DNA of 42,634 nucleotides, taken from positions 1 through 42,634 of the forward strand of contig CAZJEE010000006.1 in the NCBI GenBank assembly GCA_964544985.1. The letters are read 5' to 3'. The stretch's first letter is position 1, and the number at the start of each line of letters is the position of its first letter. A program made the position numbers and the translations under genes. The notes beneath the pieces are model-generated. The model searched no databases. It was given only the letters and a program-made list of their open reading frames with translations, and was not told the origin of the DNA. Below are positions 7,800 through 14,541 of this stretch, in pieces. Origin of the DNA: an uncultured Candidatus Saccharibacteria bacterium. GTDB lineage: Bacteria; Patescibacteriota; Minisyncoccia; Minisyncoccales; PWPS01.

Positions 7800-9870
7800 T
7801 TTAAACATTGGAGGAAGAGAGCTTTCTATGTCTTCGGAGAATTTAGCAGAAAAAGCAAACGGACAAGTATTGGTCCGCTACAACGATACTGTTGTTTTTG
7901 CTACCGCAGTAATGACTGATGAGGACGTAGATAAAGGATTTTTTCCTCTTTCGGTAAACTATGAAGAAAAGTTTTATGCAGCAGGAAAAATAAGTGGTTC
8001 TAGATACACAAGAAGAGAAGGAAAACCGTCAGATAGAGCGACGCTTATCTCTCGAATGATTGACAGAGCAATTCGCCCTAAGTTTCCAAAAGAGATGAAA
8101 AGAGAAGTTCAAATTATCGTTACTTGTCTTTCTTGGGATGAAGAAAATGATCCTGGAGTACTGGGAATGATCGCCGCCTCTCTTGCACTTCATGTGTCTG
8201 ATATTCCTTGGAACGGGCCTCTGGGTGCGGTACGTATTGGTAGAAACAATGACCATATTTTAAATCCAAATTATCAAGAAAGAGGAGAAGGTAAAACAGA
8301 TATCATTATCAGTGGTTTTTTTGACGAAGAAAAAGAATTTATTGTAAATATGATCGAAGGTACCTTTAAAGAAGAAACCGAATCATCTATTATGGACGCC
8401 TTTCTCTTTTCTCAAGAACCAGTCAAAAAGCTTTGTGACTTTCAAGATGAAATTAGGAAAGAAATTGGTAAAGAAAAAATAGAACTTCCTCTTTCTTTTT
8501 CAAATAAAGAAATTAAAGGTGTTATTAAAGAAAAAACGGAAAACCAATTATCCAAAATATTCAAAAAAGACAACAAGGAAGAAGAGGTTAAAAAATTAAA
8601 AGAAGAAGTTAAGGCTTTTATCAAAGAAACTTACAAGGAAGAAGAAGAAATTAAATATGCATTTTCTTGTCTTGAAGAAGTTATCGAAAAAGAAATAAGA
8701 GACAATATTCTAAAAAAAGGAGAAAGAATAGACGGGAGAAAACTCGATGAACTAAGAAAAATAAAATGTTCTGTTGGCATTCTTCCTCGAACTCACGGAT
8801 CAGCACTATTTGAAAGAGGAGAAACAAAAGCTCTTTCTATTATTACTCTCGGTGCACCAGGGGAACAGCAACTAATGGATGAAATGGAGTTTTCAGGAAA
8901 AAAACGTTTCATGCATCATTATAATTTTCCTCCCTACTCCGTTGGAGAAGTAAAACCGGTACGGGGTCCCGGAAGAAGAGAAATTGGCCACGGAATGATC
9001 GGTGAAAACGGCATACTTCCTCTAATCCCTGAAACCGAAATCTTCCCCTATACAATTCGCAGTGTTTCTGAAATTGTTTCTTCGAACGGATCAACTTCAA
9101 TGGCTTCAGTTTGTGGAACAACGCTCGCCTTAATGGACGCCGGCGTACCAATTAAAAGACCAGTCGCAGGAATCTCTATCGGCCTTGTAAAAGAAGGTAA
9201 AGATTTCAAGCTTCTTACAGATATTCAAGGGTTAGAGGATCATTACGGTGACATGGATTTCAAAGTTGCCGGTACAGAAGAAGGGGTGACAGTTATTCAG
9301 ATGGACGTAAAAATAGAGGGAATTACACTAGAAATAACAGAAAAAGCACTAGAGGCGGCAAAAAAGACCCGTCTCTGTCTACTCGAAGAAATCAAAAAAA
9401 CAATTTCTGAGCCTCGTAAAAATTTATCTCCATACGCTCCAAAAATAGTTACTTTAAAAATCAATCCAGAGAAAATTGGGGAGGTTATCGGTCCTAAGGG
9501 AAAAATTATTAACGAAATAATTGAAAAAACAAAAGTAGCAATTGATATAGAAGACACCGGACTTATTTCGATTACCTCGGAAGATGAAAAAGCCATAGAA
9601 ACCGCCGTTACGTGGATTAAAAATATTACAAGAGAAATTAAAGAGGGTGAAATATTTGACGGCCGAGTTATCAAAATTCTGGGATTCGGTGCTGTTGTAG
9701 AAATTCTTCCTGGACAAGAAGGGCTGTTACACATCTCTGAGATTGCGGACAGAAGAATCGAAAAAGTAGAAGACGAACTTAGTATTGATCAAATTGTTCA
9801 CGTAAAAGTTATTAAAAGAGAGGCAAACGGAAAAACTAGTCTTTCGATAAAACAGGCAAAGAAAGACTAA
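7786..9870 (+). CDS. pnp: Polyribonucleotide nucleotidyltransferase (PNPase)
   Basis: 694 aa with two RNase PH-like cores (GSALFERGETKAL, DHYGDMDFKVAGT), a KH segment (IGEVIGPKGKIINEI) and a C-terminal S1 domain (GEIFDGRVIKILGFGAVVEILPGQEGLLHISE). Confidence 0.95.
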   Translation: MKKFSLNIGGRELSMSSENLAEKANGQVLVRYNDTVVFATAVMTDEDVDKGFFPLSVNYEEKFYAAGKISGSRYTRREGKPSDRATLISRMIDRAIRPKFPKEMKREVQIIVTCLSWDEENDPGVLGMIAASLALHVSDIPWNGPLGAVRIGRNNDHILNPNYQERGEGKTDIIISGFFDEEKEFIVNMIEGTFKEETESSIMDAFLFSQEPVKKLCDFQDEIRKEIGKEKIELPLSFSNKEIKGVIKEKTENQLSKIFKKDNKEEEVKKLKEEVKAFIKETYKEEEEIKYAFSCLEEVIEKEIRDNILKKGERIDGRKLDELRKIKCSVGILPRTHGSALFERGETKALSIITLGAPGEQQLMDEMEFSGKKRFMHHYNFPPYSVGEVKPVRGPGRREIGHGMIGENGILPLIPETEIFPYTIRSVSEIVSSNGSTSMASVCGTTLALMDAGVPIKRPVAGISIGLVKEGKDFKLLTDIQGLEDHYGDMDFKVAGTEEGVTVIQMDVKIEGITLEITEKALEAAKKTRLCLLEEIKKTISEPRKNLSPYAPKIVTLKINPEKIGEVIGPKGKIINEIIEKTKVAIDIEDTGLISITSEDEKAIETAVTWIKNITREIKEGEIFDGRVIKILGFGAVVEILPGQEGLLHISEIADRRIEKVEDELSIDQIVHVKVIKREANGKTSLSIKQAKKD

Positions 9871-9937
9871 ATTCTATTAAGAATTTACATCACCTTTTTA
9901 TTTTGGTGTTTGAAAGGAACAAAAATGTTTTTTCCCT

Positions 9938-9965
9938 TTGCTTTTGTAAAATTTTACTCTATAAT
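9938..9965 (+). promoter_or_regulatory. Candidate promoter TTGCTT-N16-TATAAT ahead of the giant coiled-coil block
   Basis: A perfect -10 TATAAT at 9960-9965 and a partial -35 at 9938-9943, inside the 142-nt gap after pnp. Confidence 0.3.
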
Positions 9966-10012
9966 GAAAGAACACTTTTATACAAAATATTTTTGCTAAA
10001 TAAATAATAAAT

Positions 10013-13000
10013 ATGTCCGAAAAAAGTCAAAAAGGAGGGATCCGGACAATGAAAGGAGATATCGCCCGTATTCAAAGAGGTGGCCAAGAAGAAAAAAACA
10101 AACCATCAATAGATCTCTTGCTTAAAAAGGCAAGGGCAAAATCTGCTCAAAGTTTTGATAATCAAAATCAACTCTCCAACGTTCATCAAAAAGACCAAAT
10201 CGCCTCTCAAATAAAGAGAGAAAAAGATGCTCTTGCAGAAAAAAAGATCATTGAGGAAATAAAGAAAAGAGCAAAAGAACAGGCAAAAGAAGAAAATAAA
10301 CAACCATTACAAGAAGATACTGTTGAAGAAGAAGTAAACCCTATAAAAGAAGATGTCACTGAAGAAAAAAAAGAGACTACAGAAAAAAGTTTTGAAGAGA
10401 TAGAAATAGAACGACAAAGAGAGATAATAAAAGAAAAGGAAGAACAAACAAAAAAAGAAAAAGAGAATATTGAGGAAGAAAAAAATAATGAAAGAGGAAG
10501 AATTGAAAAAGACATCGAGAGAATAAAAGAAAAAAAACAAGAGATAGAAGGAAAACTAATTTCCGCAGTAGAAAAAAAGAGAGAAAGTGAAACAACAGAA
10601 GAAGAAATTAATAAAAATCTTTCTGATCTCGAAAACAAATATCCGACTACCATAACCGAAGATATTACTCTTCAAGAAAGAGAAGTTCTTTGGGATCAAG
10701 AAAAAGAAATCAATCAACTAAAAGAAGAGCTTTATCATCTCTATTTTACTCGCTTCTCAATTGGTCTTGAAGAAAAGATTTTACAAGAAGAATTGTCTTT
10801 AATCAAAAAAGAAGAGGTCCTTCTTTCCCTATCTTTATTGTTGTTAGAGATTGAAAAGAAAATTAATCTTCTCGAAAAAGATTTTGATTTTTTTGAAAAA
10901 ACAGAAAAAATAGTCTCGACAATAAAAGAGAAGCTTGAAAAAATTGTTTCCAAAGCAGAAGATGAAAAAAGGGCATACTGGGAAGAAACTCTCAAAAAAG
11001 AGATAGATACTTCTAGTGAAAGAAAAAACTTGCAAGAAAAAACCAGAGAAGATATCTCTTCCTTAAAAGAAGAACTACGCACAAAATTAGAAGAAGTAGA
11101 AGAAAAGAAAAAAGAAATTATTTCTCTGGGAACTGATTTAGAAAAAATAAGAGAAGAAGGAAAGGAAGAAAAAAGAAAAAAAGAGGAAGCTTTAAAGAGA
11201 TCTACTGAAGAAGTAGAAGAAGAAATTGAAAGAATAAAAAGAGAAAGAGAGGAAGCTCGTCAAAAAGAGAAAAAAAGACTTTTGGCAGAGAACGAAAGAA
11301 AAGAAGAGGAGATAAGGAGAGAAGAACGAAAGAAAGAAGAAGAGGAGATAAAAAAAGAAGAAAATCTTTTGCGTGAAAAGTGGGAAGAAGAAATGAGAAC
11401 AAAAATAGAGGAATTCTCTGCCAAGTTTTATAACCAGCAAGAAGAGAAACAAAGAGACGTAGAGGAAAAAGAAGAACATAAAAGAAAAATTGAAGAAGCC
11501 CTGCAAAGCACGATCCAGTACAAAGAAAGTGTAGAAATAAAGAAAAATCAATCCAGAAAAAATATTATCTCCCTTGAAGAGAACAGAGAAGATGCAATAA
11601 AAAGAGGAGAAGATGTTGAAAAGAAAGAATTAGAAATTCAACAAGTACAAAGAGCAACTCAAAATCCAGAAAAACAAAAAGAGATTGAAGATAAGAGATG
11701 GGAGATAGAAGACGAGAGAAAAAAAATAGAGAAAGAGAGGTGGGCCTGGGAGGAAAAAATAGAACTAGCAAAAAGCGACGATCAGCGTCTCTCTAATGAA
11801 TACTTTTCTGTACAAGCAGAAGAAAAAATACAACGCGAAAGACTCGATGTGATAGAAAAAGAAGAAGGTGTACTTAATTTACGTCTTACTACTATTAACC
11901 TTCATTCTAAAATTCAAACAATACAAACCGAAAAAGATTTTTTAAGCAAAATCTTAGAACAACTCTTTAGTAAAGAAAGAAGAACAAAAGAAAAACTAGA
12001 AATTCTTTCGAAGGTTAAAAAGATTGTTGAGGTAAGAGAAAACGACATTGAAGAAAGAAAGCGATCATCAAAAGATACTTTTGAAAGAAAGTTTTTGGAA
12101 GAAGAGAGGTGGCACCTTGAAGAACGTAGAAAATGTATTGAAGAAGAATCAAGAGATTGGATAGCTTATCTGCAAGAAATAAAAGAACGAACGACTGATC
12201 AAAAAAGAGCCTTTGTTACTTTAGAAAATCAAATTACTGAACTAGAAAAAGAACTTCGTGAAGTAGAAGAAAAAATAACCGAGGAAGAAAAAAATATTAA
12301 TCGCAGAAGAAAAGACTTAGAGAGGGCAAGAAAAAAAGAAACAGAAAGAAAGAGAATGGTGGAAGAAGAAGAAAAAGCCAAAGAAGAAAAGAATAAGAAG
12401 CTTGAAGAAATAAGAAGAAAGGAAAAAGAAGAGCAGGCGAAAGAAGATGAAGAGAGAAGAAAGAGAGAAGAAAGAGAGAAGAAGAAGAAGAAAGAAGAAG
12501 AAGAAAGGAAAAGAGAAGAAGAAGAAAGGAAAAAAAGAATGGAAGAGAAGAAGAAGGAAAAGGAAAAACTTTTCCGAGAGTTTGTTTCCGAAGAAAAACC
12601 GGTTCTTCTCTCACAAAGAGAAACACTTGAAGAAAGAGAGCAACTTCTTGAAGAAAAACTGTCACTTGTTTTGAAAAAAGAAACTTCTTTAAAAGACAAT
12701 ATAAAAATAATTATTGCCAAAGAAAAAGTACAAAACTCTACTCAAAAGGAAGAAGAACTTAAAAACAAAAGATGGCAACTTGAAGATAAAAGAAGGCTCT
12801 GTGAAAAGAAAAAATGGAAACTTGAAGAAAAAATAAAAGCAACAAAAGAAAGAAGAGAACAAATTGTCCGGATTCTCAAAAAAGAAGATGGATTAAGAGA
12901 AGAGGTCAAGAGATTAGCAGAAGTCTTGGGGCAAAAATTAGAAATACCCCAGGGCAAAGAAGCCACCTTTTTTGAAGACGAGACAACCAGACTTCCCTTA

Positions 13001-14494
13001 ATACAAGAGAAGAAGATTTCGTTAATAGATAAAAAAACCCTTTTAGACGAAAAAAACAAAGAACTACAAAGAAGATTAAAAGAAATCACAGAGAAAGAGT
13101 ATCTAATAGAAGAAAAAGAAAAAGAATTAGAAAACAAGAAGCTTAATACAAATAAAAATGAGGAAGAAAAAATCCTTTCTCTTTATTGGAAAATCAAAGA
13201 AGATCGCAGAGGCATTGAAGAGCAACGCTGGGAAATCGAGAAAGCGATTATCGATATACGGAGAGAAATCAAAGAAATTCTGAAATCTTTAGAAGAACTA
13301 CACGGAGAAGAAGAAGAAATAAAAATCAACAAAATCAAAAATGACCTGATAAAAAACAGTTTGTTTTTGAGAGAAAAAATAGTCCTTTATAAAGAAGAAT
13401 TTAGGAAAATAAAGGAAGAAGAAAGATCTCTCCGTGAAATGAATAAAGATCTTCATGATAAAAAAGAAGAGCTTGACAACAACTTTAGAAGAGCTCTTAG
13501 TGAAGAAAAAACCCTGAAAGAAAAAGAAAAATTGGCTGAAGAAGAAGCCTCTACCGCCGAAACATCGACTCGTAGAATATCCGCAGAAAAAAGAAGATGG
13601 TGGGCCGAAGAAGAGAGGAGGGAAAAAGAAAAAACAATTCTTTTTATTAAAAAAGAAATTTCTCTTCTTTCGAAAAAAATAGAAGAATTAAAATTAAAAA
13701 TAAATGACAACGCAAGAAAAAAGAATGAACTTCTTTTTAAAAAAGGACGTTTACTAGAAGAAAAAACCCTCCACTTCATCAAAAAAGAAAAAATAAGATT
13801 AAGAGAAGAAATAAGAGAGGTAAAAGAAAGAAAAAGACTTATTGAAAAAAAAGAAGAAGACGCTCAGAAGAAAATCGTTCTTTTAGAGGATAAGAAACAA
13901 ATAATACTTTCAAAAGAAAGAAAAATAGATGAAGAAAAGAAGAGGCTAGAACTCGAAGCATCAAGAGAAAAAAGCTTTAAAAAGAGAATGGAAATAAAAA
14001 AACGTAGATGGGAGGTAGAAGAAGATAGAAGACTTATTGAGAGTCAAAAATGGACTATTGAAGAAAATATAGAACAGCTAAAAAAAGAAGAGCTGATACT
14101 CAAAAGCAAAGAAAATGCGCTTGTCTCAAGAAAAAGCAAACTTTATATAAATTATAAATTGAAAGGCCTCTCCCCTTTACGTAAAAGAATAGCTTCTTCC
14201 TTAAACAGGCTCTCTTTTGAAAGAGGAAAAACGAAAAAAGAGCTTTCTTCTATCCTTTTGAAAGAGGAAAAACTTATAGCAAAGATTGAAGAATACAAAA
14301 ATAAAAAATCGGAAGAAGGAAAGATAGCCGAAGAAAAAAGATGGCTCTTAGAAGAGAAAAGAAGAAAGATAGAAGAGAAAAAATGGAACATACAAGAAAA
14401 ATTAAAAAACTGTGAGTTGGAAATAAAAATCTCTGAGAAAAAAATAGAAAATATCGATAAACAAGAAAAAGAATGGAGAGAAAAATTAAAATAA
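10013..14494 (+). CDS. Giant Glu/Lys/Arg-rich coiled-coil protein with a repeated W-x13-W motif (1493 aa)
   Basis: Uninterrupted 4.5-kb ORF on an almost pure-purine coding strand, with no signal peptide or TM segment. It has six full copies of [KR]-R-W-x-[ILV]-E-[DE]-x-R-[RK]-x-[ILC]-E-x-x-[RK]-W plus a half copy. No known family recognised. Confidence 0.8.
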   Translation: MSEKSQKGGIRTMKGDIARIQRGGQEEKNKPSIDLLLKKARAKSAQSFDNQNQLSNVHQKDQIASQIKREKDALAEKKIIEEIKKRAKEQAKEENKQPLQEDTVEEEVNPIKEDVTEEKKETTEKSFEEIEIERQREIIKEKEEQTKKEKENIEEEKNNERGRIEKDIERIKEKKQEIEGKLISAVEKKRESETTEEEINKNLSDLENKYPTTITEDITLQEREVLWDQEKEINQLKEELYHLYFTRFSIGLEEKILQEELSLIKKEEVLLSLSLLLLEIEKKINLLEKDFDFFEKTEKIVSTIKEKLEKIVSKAEDEKRAYWEETLKKEIDTSSERKNLQEKTREDISSLKEELRTKLEEVEEKKKEIISLGTDLEKIREEGKEEKRKKEEALKRSTEEVEEEIERIKREREEARQKEKKRLLAENERKEEEIRREERKKEEEEIKKEENLLREKWEEEMRTKIEEFSAKFYNQQEEKQRDVEEKEEHKRKIEEALQSTIQYKESVEIKKNQSRKNIISLEENREDAIKRGEDVEKKELEIQQVQRATQNPEKQKEIEDKRWEIEDERKKIEKERWAWEEKIELAKSDDQRLSNEYFSVQAEEKIQRERLDVIEKEEGVLNLRLTTINLHSKIQTIQTEKDFLSKILEQLFSKERRTKEKLEILSKVKKIVEVRENDIEERKRSSKDTFERKFLEEERWHLEERRKCIEEESRDWIAYLQEIKERTTDQKRAFVTLENQITELEKELREVEEKITEEEKNINRRRKDLERARKKETERKRMVEEEEKAKEEKNKKLEEIRRKEKEEQAKEDEERRKREEREKKKKKEEEERKREEEERKKRMEEKKKEKEKLFREFVSEEKPVLLSQRETLEEREQLLEEKLSLVLKKETSLKDNIKIIIAKEKVQNSTQKEEELKNKRWQLEDKRRLCEKKKWKLEEKIKATKERREQIVRILKKEDGLREEVKRLAEVLGQKLEIPQGKEATFFEDETTRLPLIQEKKISLIDKKTLLDEKNKELQRRLKEITEKEYLIEEKEKELENKKLNTNKNEEEKILSLYWKIKEDRRGIEEQRWEIEKAIIDIRREIKEILKSLEELHGEEEEIKINKIKNDLIKNSLFLREKIVLYKEEFRKIKEEERSLREMNKDLHDKKEELDNNFRRALSEEKTLKEKEKLAEEEASTAETSTRRISAEKRRWWAEEERREKEKTILFIKKEISLLSKKIEELKLKINDNARKKNELLFKKGRLLEEKTLHFIKKEKIRLREEIREVKERKRLIEKKEEDAQKKIVLLEDKKQIILSKERKIDEEKKRLELEASREKSFKKRMEIKKRRWEVEEDRRLIESQKWTIEENIEQLKKEELILKSKENALVSRKSKLYINYKLKGLSPLRKRIASSLNRLSFERGKTKKELSSILLKEEKLIAKIEEYKNKKSEEGKIAEEKRWLLEEKRRKIEEKKWNIQEKLKNCELEIKISEKKIENIDKQEKEWREKLK

Positions 14495-14541
14495 ATCACA
14501 GATTATTTGCATTATTTGCTAAATAAAAATAAAATTGGAAT

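Noticed and set aside
9992-10004. Shared 13-nt string TTTGCTAAATAAA upstream of both coiled-coil genes, as a regulatory motif in its own right
   Set aside because: An exact 13-mer match of A/T-rich sequence is expected by chance many times in a window of this composition. It is mentioned only as a side note in the paralog finding.
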